A stretch of DNA of 64,000 nt, from assembly GCF_001194135.2 (NCBI RefSeq), contig NC_069003.1:18865148-18929147 (forward strand), written 5' to 3'. The stretch comes from Octopus bimaculoides. Lineage: Eukaryota. Numbering within the stretch: the stretch's first letter is position 1; the number at the start of each line of letters is the position of its first letter. Position numbers and translations under genes: made by a program. This document shows, in pieces, positions 13,075-25,430 of this stretch. The notes beneath the pieces were generated by a model. The model searched no databases, was not told the origin of the DNA, and was given only the letters and a program-made list of their open reading frames with translations.

Positions 13075-13925
13075 CTTTCATCACGTATTGTCCCATATCA
13101 GATTTAATCACTCTCCATCATATCATCTTTATTGTCTAATATTGGTTTAACTTGTGGCTCATTATATATCATTTGATATTAGATTTATCCATGGTCTCTC
13201 ATATGTTATCTGATATCAGCTTAAGCCATCGCCTGTCATATATTGTCTAATATCAGACTTACCCATGGCCCATAGTGTATTGTCTGATATCAGACTTACC
13301 CATAGCCTGTCATTTATTGCTTGATGTCAGATTACCCAATAGAGCGTTAAACATGAATGGTGTACAAATTGGTAGCTCTGGACCTACTAGATTTGATGTG
13401 CATATAAACAGATCGGTCACTTGTTTCTCTGGGACTGGTAAAGTGATGTACACACTTGATGAGATCCGCTATAAGGGTTGATAATCAATCAACCCTTTAG
13501 CATTCAGATTATCCTGTCAAATGTAAAGTTTATTAACGTTGTCATGAATTAATCATGCATTATCTTTTAGCTTTGAGATTTTGATGATGTGCTTCTTTAT
13601 TTTTAAAATGACATCATAGAGTTGGTGCAAGAGAGCAGATCTGGCCTGTTTGCACATGAAACTGGTAGGATATTTGGTTTAAATACTAAAGGGTTAAGGC
13701 TATCCATCATTTTTCAATCTACAAAGAAATAGGTAAATTTGACTTGTTTGTATATCTACAAGTATATTTTACATATATTGTTTGATATCAGATTTACCTG
13801 TACTCTGTCATATATCATCTGATATTAGATTTATCTATGGCCTGTCATATATCGTCTAATATGATATTTACCCATGACTTAATATTATCCAGTATTACAT
13901 TTACCTTATGATCTGTCATATATCC
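13075..13925. repeat. Degenerate ~35-bp minisatellite in two blocks (13075-13330, 13775-13925), interrupted by unique sequence and a MITE
   Basis: Units approximate ctgtcatatattgtctgatatcagatttacccatggc. Confidence 0.75.
13491..13697. mobile_element. piggyBac-like MITE, family A
   Basis: aaccctttagcatt ... aatactaaagggTTAA terminal inverted repeats. Confidence 0.7.
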
Positions 13926-14742
13926 AGGTTTAGTCACACCCAGTCAAGCTTCACTCTTTAAAAGAAGTTCATATTTTGTAATTGCATTGTTATATATTTT
14001 TTAATAATAACTGCATACAATGGGGCTGAGGGCAATGGATGTTTGTGATGGTAGACTACCAAGCTAGAGAATTTACAGTAATCATCCTGCCATCTCTCTG
14101 TTCTGAGTTCAAATTTCTGATCTCTCCTGAGTAGCAGCAATAATAATAATAATAATAATAATGTACCAGTGATATACTGGGGAAAGTTGTTCTACTTCCT
14201 CTACACAAACATCGGCTTTAGACTGAATCAAAAGAATTTAATATTCATTGATGTTTTAAATCAATCATTCACAGTATTTTTGTAACTCAGTGCCTCCTCT
14301 TTTCCCTTCTCATGTTTTGCAATAAACAAAAACACAGAACCCACCATCACAAAAAACAAAAAAAAAAATACCCAACCTGATTAATTTTGATAAAACCAAA
14401 GCTGAATATGCATTGGTTTATCGAGAGTTATGGTTCTCCTTCTCATATTCTAATCCTAACAAAAAGATCTTTTTTAAAATTATTTTTGAAAATGTTTAAA
14501 CCTTTTTGTTAGCATATTTCTGTTAAAATTTATTGCCTTTATTACAATTAGTTTCTTAAATATTGAAGAATTTAGTAAAATAACAGTCATTATTAAGCTG
14601 GTGTTTGCATATATATTGACATGAAATTTTGATGGAAGATTTAGTTAAGGTCACTTTGAAACATGAAGTTTGTATGATAGAGCTAAGAGCAGTCTTAGCT
14701 GAGTTACAGAACTCATAGACTGATAGTCATAACCTTTTTGTT

Positions 14743-14888
14743 GAGTCTTGGACATTTACCCCCTATGGACAATACCCCCACCCCCAAGACAATTACCCCN
14801 NNNNNNNNNGGGGGGGGGGTAGTTGTCATCGGTGGGGAATTGTCCTATGAGAGGTAATTGTCCTAGCAGGGTAATTGCCCTGATACTC
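14743..14888. mobile_element. Small fold-back DNA element with inverted arrays of GGACAATTACCCC-like subrepeats, nested in a family B MITE
   Basis: GAGT...ACTC ends; direct repeat TTTTGTT at 14736-14742 and 14889-14895; three subrepeats on the left and four reverse-complement subrepeats on the right of a poly-C/poly-G 10-N gap. Confidence 0.65.
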
Positions 14889-16037
14889 TTTTGTTACTAT
14901 ACTTCTGTTGAAATACACAGCCTTTATTTCAACTAATTTTGATAATGTATAATTAAGTATGATAACTTGATCATTATTAAGCTGGAAGATCAATTAAAAT
15001 GAAATTTTGATGGAAGGTTACTTTAAAACCGGAAGTTTGTATCATAGAACCAGGGCCGGTCTCAGGTGTGTTGGGATTAAAAGGATTAAAATATAAGTAC
15101 TCTACATGCTTTATTCTAACAAAAAAAATTACAAACCCCTCAAAACATACTCTTAGAACTCTGTTCACATTTGCTGCTCCCTCTGCTCCCATGAGGGTGC
15201 TCTTGTTCAGGTTTAGGCTAATTTTCCCTAAACCTGTTCAAAGGTTATAAGAGGCACAGATTCTAGTTGGTTTGTTGTTAAATTGGTACAGGCAAGTCAT
15301 GTGGTTAAGGACGTCTTCACAATCACGTGGCTTTAGGTTCAACTCCACTACACAGCACCTCGGGGGAAAAGAGTTTTCTAGATCAGAACCTAACATCAGT
15401 CTTAACTGTGTGAAGGAAATGAGGTTGATGGAGATTGTGCTGATGACAGCTGGATAATGGACTGAACTCAATCTATAATTCTGTTCACTACCACTGCCAA
15501 TACCAACATCACCTCCATTACCAACATTAGTTATTACCTTGAGTATCTTTTGCAGTTATTCTGCTTTGCTTTGATTTCAAAACATCTGTTTCTTTTGACA
15601 AAGTAGAAGGCAAAATGTTATAAAGGAGAGTGTCACATAAAATCTACAGACTTCCCGTCTTCCTAGTATATGACTGGTATGTATTTATAAAGAGAAAATA
15701 TAAAAATAACTCTTGAGGGATTGATTGAAAGTGAAGTTGTACTTTGAAGAAATTGAATTCCAGAACTGATAGTAAAAATGAGACAACAAAACTGTCAGAC
15801 ATCTTGTCTGATGCTGCTCTTCTCCTTCTCCCAATCCATTGTCCTTTATTTTACTAAAATTAACATTGTTAAGAGTTGGATTTATTATTTTTTGTTATTT
15901 GCTTATTCTCTTGTTATGTTTATTGTTTCGTTAATGTTTATTCTCTTGTTACCTTTACTTTCTCGTTATGCTTTCTGCAACTGTTTGTTTACTTTCTCTG
16001 TCTCTTTTCTTTACTCTCCTTCTCTTTGTTTCCTGTA

Positions 16038-16073
<36 letters not shown>

Positions 16074-16740
16074 AGTTTCCTTCTCCCTCTCTATTCTCTC
16101 TTTACTCTCCTCCCTCTGCTCCTGTTTATTCTCTTTCCTATCTCTGTTTACTCTCCCTCTGCCTTTATTTTCTCTCTCTCTCTCTCCATCTCTGTCTATC
16201 TCTCTCCTCCTCTCTCTATTCTATTCTTAATTATTGACTGGACATAATTTTCTCTGACAATTCAACAAGGGCAACAACCACAATTTCTCTAGATGATTCT
16301 CTTAATTCGCTACCTTCATATTTTTGCATGGCTTACTTCTTTCTGTTCGTTATAGTTGATCACTTTATTTTTTTGATAAAGCAATTAAATTTCTATTTAA
16401 ATTGATTCCAATACAAAGCAAAAGTGATTTGCTTTTTTTAAATAATTTTTTTTATTCAATGATTATTTTTTAAAAAAGTTCTTGTTATTGTTATTATTTT
16501 TATTGTTGTTATTATTGAATTCATTTATAAAGAAATTGTTATTAAAAGAAGAAAATCAGAAATTTATATTATTATTATTCTTCAAATTCTATAATGGTTG
16601 ATTTTGCTTTTCATTCTTATGGGCTCAATAAAATAAAGTAACTGTCAAGTAATGGGGTTAGTTTAATTGAATATACCTCTTCCCTACCCAAAATTTCTAG
16701 CCTTGTGCCTTTGTAAGAAATTATTACTACTGTTGTTGTT

Positions 16741-17390
16741 AGCAGAATCATTACCACACTGGAAAAATTGCATAGCAGTATTTCTTCTGACTTCACATTC
16801 TGAGTTCAGATGCTGCCAGAGTTGACTTTGCCTTTCATCCTTCTGGAGATTGATAAAATCAGCACTGCGGTCAATGTAATTGACTTGCACCCTTCCCCAC
16901 AAATGCTGGCCTTGTGCCAAAATTTGAAGCCATTATTATTGTCGTTAGCTAGCAAAATCATTAGCATGTCAGACAAAATGCCTAGCAGCATTTTTTCTGG
17001 CTCTTTGCATTCTGAGTTCAAATATTAATGAGGTCCACTTTGCCTTTCTTCCATTCAGGGTCGATAAAATAAGTACAAGTTGAACACTGGAGTCAATATA
17101 ATCCCCCCCCCCCCAAAAAAAAATGTTGGGTTTGTGTCAAACTTTGAAGCCATTATTATTAAGGTGGTAGCTGGCAAAATCGTTAGTACATTGTTCAAAA
17201 TACTTAGTGGTATTTTCTCCTGCTTTTTGTGTTTAGGGCTTAAATGCCACCGTGGTCAACTTTGCCTTTCATCCTTTTGGGGTCAGTAAAATGAAGTACC
17301 AGTCATGCACTGAGGTCTATGTAATCAGCTTACCCACTCACTCTAAAATTGCTTGTCTTGTGCTAAAATTTGAAAGAATTAAAGGTAGTG
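16741..17390 (+). mobile_element. Three head-to-tail family 2 SINE copies joined by (ATT)n
   Basis: Each ~200-bp unit runs gcagaatcattagca...ctgagttcaa...ctttgcctttcatcc...ttgtgccaaaatttgaa and ends in gccattattatt. Confidence 0.75.
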
Positions 17391-17514
17391 AACTATCAGT
17401 TCAAAATGATCTGATGTTGCCAAATATTTCAATTAAAGTCTTATTAATTCTCTAACACTGACTGACTTACATTCGTTTTATTGTTTGTCTCTTGTTATGT
17501 GTTCACTGCTGGTG

Positions 17515-17815
17515 GCTGGATGACCAGTGTGTTGTAGTCTGGAGGTTGTGACTGAATGGTTAGTATGTTGTAAGTTGGATATCAGGAGTAACTGACCAGT
17601 ATGTTGCAGGCTGGCAGTCAGGAATGGATGAATGTTCAGTATATTGAAGGCTGGAGGTCAAGAATGGAAGCCCAGTATGTTTATAGGCTGGAGATCAATG
17701 TCCAGTATGTTGTCTGGAAGTTACTATTGGATGACCATTTAAAATTGCAGTCTGGTGGTTACAGCAGGACAACTATATAATGATTTTAGAGTGGTGACAT
17801 GTTTGGATGACCACC
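17515..17815. repeat. Degenerate ~35-40-bp minisatellite
   Basis: About 7 units approximating ggatgaccagtatgttgcaggctggaggtcaagaat. Confidence 0.7.
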
Positions 17816-19559
17816 ACTTATCAATGATTTAATAACTATTTGAATGAATGAGAAGTAGAAAAAAAAAGTTTTTTTTTACTTTAACAAAAGTGCATTTTTG
17901 ATAAATCTAATAAAGAAATTATTTTTTGAGAAAAACCAGACTCTTTGGCATTGAAACTGGCCAAATAGTCTACCTGTTCTAAATTTAAACTAACCAGATC
18001 ACACCTACCCTAAAAATAAGCAATTACATCATCAAAATCTTGAAGCTATGAGATAATGCTTGATTAATTCAAAACGATGTGAGTAAACAAGTATGACATT
18101 TGATAGTGTACTCTGAATGTTAAAGGGCCAAAGGAATATTTAATAATTAATGGAAGAGAATTTTATAATATAACAAGGCTGACACATATCTTTGTCTCCT
18201 TTGGATATGTTTGAAGTATTTGACTGGAAAGAAACATAGACAAAATAACGATAATTCTTTGCTAACGAAGGAAATAATTTGATAAAATACCCCGAATTGA
18301 AATACTTGTTTATTTTTGTATTTGTTTTGTTTTTGTCTTGTTTAAAATACCCAAACCAAAAAGAATAACAAGGACAAATGATAAGATTGCAGTTTTCAAG
18401 CTTGAGAATGTGGTAAATACTTTAGCAGAAAGCTGATTATGATATAATAAAGAACTTCTTGGTGGAGATGTTTGACATATTGAAAGATAAGAGAAGACTA
18501 GGGAAAGCTTGGTTTAGCTTCTAAAAAAGCAAAAAAAAAAAAGAAAAAGGAAAGAGGAAAAGTGACAGTTATTAACTGTTTTAAGACTATATATATCCAT
18601 TGAAATAGTGTTTCTGTGTATTTTGATTAAATTTTAAAACAATCAGGAATTGGGATGTTATTTTCTCTTATTACTTCATCTGGATTGATAGAGCACCAGA
18701 CAAAAATGCCTAGTAGTATTTATGTTCTGTGTTCAAATCCCATCAAGGTCAACTTTACCTTTCATCCCTCCAGGGTTGATGAAATAGAATACCTATCTGT
18801 GAGGTACTGAGCTCAAGTAGTATCAACTAATTCCCCCTCCCCTCAGAATTACCAGCATTGTACTTGAAGTAAAAACCAATATTATTAAAATGGCTAACAG
18901 TCAGGATTCTTAGAGCATTGGAAAAATGTCTACAGTATTTGTTCTGGCACTTTAGATGTTGTGAGTTCAAATCTTATTGATATCAACTTACCTTTCAGCC
19001 TTTAAATAAAATAAAGTACCAGCTGAGTGTTGGTGACAATGCTATCAACTCAACATTCTCCCTTCAAAATTGGTGGCCTTGTTCCTAAATCACAAACCAT
19101 TATTATTATTTTTTTACCTTAGGTTTTATTGTAACTTCTGGAATCTTGCGTGATAGGAAGGCTTGTCACCTGCAGCTTATGATACCATGCTATTTATTCT
19201 CTTCAACTATTTAATACTTTCCTGATGACTCTGGCTGTACCAGGGAGAGAAACTTTTTGCAAAAGCTCTGCTGGGTACTGTATCCCCATTTCCTTTATGA
19301 TCCTCTCAATATTATTATTATCGTCATTAATAAGGTGGTGAGCTGGGAGAATCATTAGCACGCTGGGCTATATGCTAAGCATCGTTTCATCTGACTTTAC
19401 GTTCTGAGTTCAAATTCTGCCTAGGTCAACTTTGCCTTTCATCCTTTTGGGGTCAATGTAATACACTAGTCCCCTCTCCCAAAATTTCAGGCCTTGTGCC
19501 TATTGTAGAAAGGATTATTATTCTCATTAATGAGTGAGAGAGCAGCATACTCCACCAAA

Positions 19560-20070
19560 ACAACATTGGCTTACAAATATACAAAGCCCAATATGCCCAT
19601 CATCACTACCCGTCTAATAAGAGTACATCAGGCACACACATCATAACTATATGTGTACAACATGATGACCTTGTATCATGATAAACAGCACATGACCTTG
19701 CAGGTGGGGCCCAGTTAGAATTTTCTTCAGGTTGGATAGCCCAACCTGCTCAAAAGGTCCCTGAATAAGGTTTATTTAAGGATGATGAGCAAAACACCCA
19801 TGTTTCCAGAGTAAATTATTCTGACCCCATAGAATCCCTCTCATCTCATGGCTATGATGACCCTCCACTGCTTCTGCTCATGATCAGTGATGCATATATC
19901 ATTGGCCACTAAGGGACATGCTCAACTGTTTAAGGTCAAGCAACTGACAAACAAATCTGTGGTATTGAGCAAAATATTGGCCGTAGCCTTTCTTTCATGC
20001 CAAGACAAAACATGTACATGTTAGTAGTTTCGATCAATTAAGAATAGAAGCCATGAGAAACACTGCCTGG
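19560..20070. repeat. Interspersed repeat of unclassified family; second copy at about 59770-60060
   Basis: Shared blocks cttctgctcatgatcag...ccactaagggacatgctcaa...ttaaggtcaagcaactgacaa in both places. Confidence 0.7.
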
Positions 20071-21761
20071 TATTGCATCAGGCATTTATTATTATTATTA
20101 TCATTATTAGGGTGGTGAGTTTGTAGAATCGTTAGCACATGGGGCAAAATGCTTATCGATGTCTCGTGCATCTTTACGTTCTGAGTTTTTAATATGACTG
20201 CTTTAAAACAGTTAGTTCTGTATCTTAGACCCAGAGCCTATCTCTAGAGGGATTGGAAGGTTTCTTTCATAGGATGGTAGATGTTTATTTTAGAATGTAG
20301 ATACATCGTAAATGACTTTTGAGAAATTTATCCCTTGCTCATTCTGCAGTTGGTTTTAATTTCAAATAACAAGAACTGCTCTACTTTTGTCAATATATTG
20401 CAGACTGTTTCTGTTTCTTTTTTTTTTTTTTTCTTTTTTTCCCTGTAAATATTCCATATGTTATATTTTGGTTGCCTATGAGAAAATGAGATACTGATAA
20501 ACGGTCTCCTTTGGGAGTTCTCCAAACTCTGGTATGAATTTGAGTCTATGTGTGTGTGTGTGTTTTTGTGTTTGTCTCATTGTTTGACAACTGGTATTGG
20601 TTTGTTTACATTCTCATAACTTACCAGTTCAGAAAAGAGAGATCAATAGATTGGGTACCAGACTTAAATGCACACATACATACATACATACATACATACA
20701 TACATACATACATACATACATACATACATACATACATACATACATACATGCATATATATATATATATATATATATGACAAGCTTCTACACTGTTTCTATC
20801 TACCATATTTACTTACCATGCATTAATTGAGTTGGGGTTATAGTTAGGTCTTTTTTTTTTTTATCAGAGCTGTGTCTGATAGACAACAGACTTGTTTGTC
20901 AAAGCTATCTTTGTAAAAACAAGCCCTTTTCTCTTCCTCCAAATCCACTGTACCATCTTCCAATACATAGGAATCTTATACAATGAATTTAAGGCAGCTA
21001 GCAGGCAGAATTGTTAGCATGTCCTTTCTATACATTCTGACTTCATCTGCCACTGGGGTCAACTTTGTCTTTCATCCTTTCGAGGTCAATAAAATAAGTA
21101 CCAGTTAGCACTAAGGGTTGAAGTAATCGAAATTGCTGGCCTTGTGCCAAAATTTGAAACCAATATCATACAGTTAATGCATGAGGCCTGCTGGGTGAAG
21201 ATTATATTTATGGTTGTAATTTGGTGGTAAAAATCATGTGATATAAAAAAAGTGTTGTGAAAGGAGATTAGAAAGGGATTAGGCAAGGTATTTCAAGTGG
21301 CATATCACAAAACCAAAATGTGGACATGTATATGCTCAGCTCAGCCCTCATTGAGCAAACATAGGCCTTTTCAGGTTTTTGTTTTCTAGTTGCAGCCATT
21401 TGACTGTAGCTGTGCTATGGCACTACCTTTGAAGGTTTAGTCAGATTCACCCCCATGAATTTTTTCACATCTGGTAACTTATTTTATTGAACTTTGTTGA
21501 ACTGCTAAGTTAAAGTAACATAAAATTACACACACACATGCACATCTATATATTTGTGTGTCTGTATTCATGCATGTGTGGTTGTCATTTCAATGGCCCT
21601 GTTTTGTCATATATTGTGTCCTTCTGATTTTACTTCAGTTACATAAGAGGTACACTCGTCTGTGGAATTCTCAGCCACTTACATGCTCATTCAATGAGAC
21701 CTGCAGTTCAGCTGGCCGAACAACTAAACCCTCATCGTCAAGAAATTCTGACCGAATCCTA

Positions 21762-21795
<34 letters not shown>

Positions 21796-22899
21796 TGCGT
21801 ATATTTATTTAAACATGTATGTTATGAGTGTGTACAGTTAAGTCATTTATCTTATGACTAATGTCACTGTCTCAGCTTCTTGAAGTGGATGGCTGGTTGC
21901 ATTCTTTACCAGGTCAGTTTAATTGCTGTCTTCTCCCCTCTTGACTTAGTAATCTCTTTGATGTCATAAAGTTATTAGTTTAAAAGTTGACACACATATT
22001 ATTGAAAAGCAACAGTCTATGTATGTATATATATATATATATATNNNNNNNNNNNNNNNNNNNNNNNNNNNNNNNNNNNNNNNNNNNNNNNNNNNNNNNN
22101 NNNNNNNNNNNNNNNNNNNNNNNNNNNNNNNNNNNNNNNNNNNNNNNNNNNNNNNNNNNNNNNNNNNNNNNNNNNNNNNNNNNNNNNNNNNNNNNNNNNN
22201 NNNNNNNNNNNNNNNNNNNNNNNNNNNNNNNNNNNNNNNNNNNNNNNNNNNNNNNNNNNNNNNNNNNNNNNNNNNNNNNNNNNNNNNNNNNNNNNNNNNN
22301 NNNNNNNNNNNNNNNNNNNNNNNNNNNNNNACACACACACACACACACACACACATATGAGTGTCGATATATTAAAGCTCATACTGCGAACATGTTTCAT
22401 AAAGACGTCTTTCTGTTTGAAGTTCACTGAGACAATATTTAAGGGTCACATAGATATTTTATCATCATCATCGTTTAACATCCGCTTTCCATGCTGGCAT
22501 GGGTTGAATAGTTTGACTGAGGACTGGCAAGCCAGAAGGCTGCACCAGGCTTCAATCTGATCTAGCAAGGTTTCTACAGCTGGATGCCCTTCCTAACACC
22601 AACCACTCCAAGAGTGTAGTGGGTGCCTTTTATGTGCCACCAGCATCAAGGCCAGTTAGGTGATACTGGCATCGACCATACTTGAATGGTGCTTTTTACA
22701 TGCCACTGGCAACAACCACGCTTGAATGGTGCTCTTTACATGCCACCAGCACAGGAGCCAATCAGACAGCACTGGCAACGGCCATACTCAAATGGTGCTT
22801 TTTACATGCTACTGGCACGGGACCAATGCCAGTTGGTGGAGGTTCATTTTCCATGGGTTCACAGATTAGATTTGAGCCCAGCATGGTCTGTCACAGTCT

Positions 22900-23400
22900 G
22901 TGCACATAAAAAGGTCATTGTCATTCACCTTCTCGATCGTTAAATTCTTCGTTAGATCTCTTTTGAGTCTTACATGCATTACCCTGGCCTCTTCAAATGC
23001 TTTCACTCCACTCCACACTTTTGTTCGCCATCCAGCTCAATCCAAAGCAAGGGTTTCTATGTCTTCTGGATCCATTCCAAATGACTTCATAGCAGTCTTT
23101 ATGCCGTCCTTAAACCTTTTTTTAGGTTTACGCTGATAGCATTTCCCCTCTGCAAGCTCATCATAAAACAGCTGTTTCAGCATGCATTCATCCACCATTC
23201 GAACAATATAGCCACATCATCTCATTTGGTTCCTCACAATCATAGCTTTAATTGAGGTGATGCCTGCAGATGCAAGGACATCTGTGTTTGGAGTAAAAGA
23301 ACTCCATTTAATGTTTAAAATGCGATGAAGGCATTTTTGGTGAAATTGTTCAAACAATTTAAAATGCCTTTAATAACAAGTCCATGTTTCAGAAGAATAC
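22900..23400 (-). mobile_element. RTE-clade LINE, decayed 3' ORF fragment
   Basis: My translation: YSSETWTCY*RHFKLFEQFHQKCLHRILNIKW...MLKQLFYDELAEGKCYQRKPKKRFKDGIK...D*AGWR. This is typical of the RTE post-RT region, with three in-frame stops. Confidence 0.85.
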
Positions 23401-24617
23401 AACCGGGATGGTAAGACAAATGATTTGTAAAGAGCTATTATATATNNNNNNNNNNNNNNNNNNNNNNNNNNNNNNNNNNNNNNNNNNNNNNNNNNNNNNN
23501 NNNNNNNNNNNNNNTATATATATATATATATATATATATGAGCCCTATATATTTTGTCTATTAAGCCTGTATATTTAATACATATAAAGCATATTCATAC
23601 ACATGAGCAGTGCATCATTTGTATGTAATCTTAAATGGAAAAGTTACTATTAACCTTATGCTTAATATCATTGTCTCAATTTGGTAGCACTTGCCACAAT
23701 AGAACTGAGATCCTAAAACGAAGGTGCCATGTAAAAAGCATTGGCGGGTGCCATGTAAAAAGCACTGGTGATAGTACTGTGTAAAAAGCACACAATGTTC
23801 ACTCTGTAAAGTGGTTGGTATTAAAAAGGGCATCTAACCGTAGAAACCAGGTCAAAACAGTGTATGGAACCTGGTGTGGCCCCTGGCTTTTCCAGTTACT
23901 GTCAAGCTGCCCAATCCATATCAGCATGGAAAACTGTCATTGAATGTTGATGATGATAATATTAGTTATATGGACAGTAATGCTTCCCATAGTGTTGAAA
24001 TATATTAGTTATTAAGACATGTATGTATATGATTTGTGTAGAAAGTAAATCTAAAAAAACATACAAACAATAAGTAATAATACATAGGACTCATAATGGC
24101 AGTAAATCTAATACAATTCTCACCATATACAGCGCAATAAATAATAAACTCTTTGCAGACAGTAAACACACAAAGTAGTAAATAGCTCATGTCATGATAG
24201 TAAATAACTCATTTTATTGTTTAATAACTTTGATAAGACATCCCTCATGGTGTGTGTGTGTGTGTGATGAAAAAAAAGAAGCCTAGCCTAATTGTCCCTA
24301 ATATTTATTGACACTTTGTTCTTCTTTCATTAAACCTCATTAAAACAGCCAAATTGTGTTAACAATGAAGGGGCGGGACAATTGTTATCTGTTATGGTGA
24401 CTGCCTCCAGCCTCCACCCTGCTCTCTTGTTAAATCTTTATTGTTTGTTGTTGCCTGCCTGGCATATTTCTGTGTCTGTTAAATGAGAGAACCAAGTAAC
24501 TGACACAATTATCAACACATGCACTAAGTTGGCCATCAATTGTTTGTTAAGTGGTGGAAGAGACTGCCTAAAGAAAAAGAAGAAAATGACAACAAAGCAC
24601 ACAACTACACAAACCTC

Positions 24618-24659
<42 letters not shown>

Positions 24660-24819
24660 GGGGTGGGTGGGTGGAGAGGCGAGAAAGACAAAGATGCCCT
24701 AGCATTTATTATTTAATAAATGTCAAAATTATTCCTGAAATGAATTCATTCCAGCTAGCTTCCATGCTTTTTTTGTAGCAACTCTAAATACTATAGTAGT
24801 GCTAATGTTTTGTGAAGCC

Positions 24820-25430
24820 ATTCCGTCTATATTGGTATTTGGTGATTTCCCACTAAAGTTTGTATTTGCTGGCATCTCTTTGATGTTTGTATTTGGCATT
24901 ATTCTATGAAACTTTGTATTTGATGACACCCCATTAAAATTTGTTTTAAAGACGTCCCATTAAAATTTGTCTGGCAACACCCCATTAAAGTTTATATTTG
25001 GTAACACCTCATTAAAGTTTGTCTTTGGTGACACCCTATTAGAATTTGTATTGAAGACATCTCATTTAAGTTTGTGTCTGGCAACACCCATTAAAGTTTG
25101 TATTGGGGACACCTCATCAAAGCTTGTATTCAGCAACATCTCATTAAAGTTTGTATTGAAGACATTCCATTGAAGTTTGTATTTGTGACACCCCATTAAA
25201 ATTTGTTTAAGGCAACATCCCATTAAAGTTTCTTTTATTTCCCATTAAAATGTGTGTCTTGCAACACCCAATTAAAGTTTGTATTGGGTGACATTTCATT
25301 CAAGCTTGTATTTGGCAACACCATTAAAATTTGTATTGGTTACATCTCATTGAAGGTTGTATTTGGTGACACCCCATTAAAGTTTATAAGGTGACACTGC
25401 ATTAAAGTTTCTATTTGGTAACAAATATTT
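24820..25430. repeat. Degenerate 25-27-bp minisatellite, roughly 20 units
   Basis: Units approximate (g/a)acaccccattaaagtttgtatttgg(c/t), with no unique spacers. Confidence 0.85.

Noticed and set aside
15778-16247. 150-aa hydrophobic ORFs
   Set aside because: Translations of (CT)n-rich low-complexity sequence.
19225-19300. FCKSSAGYCIPISF, resembling the start of an LDLa repeat (possible CR1)
   Set aside because: It lacks the CD..DC..DE half, has no in-frame first Cys and has no suitable splice sites.
21630-21760. Protein-like frame MRPAVQLAEQLNPHRQE
   Set aside because: The sequence matches the tail of SINE family 3 seen at about 53720 and 55640.
24820-25430. CRISPR-like regular repeats
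   Set aside because: Units are contiguous and degenerate, with no unique spacers or cas genes, in a eukaryotic context; this is a minisatellite.
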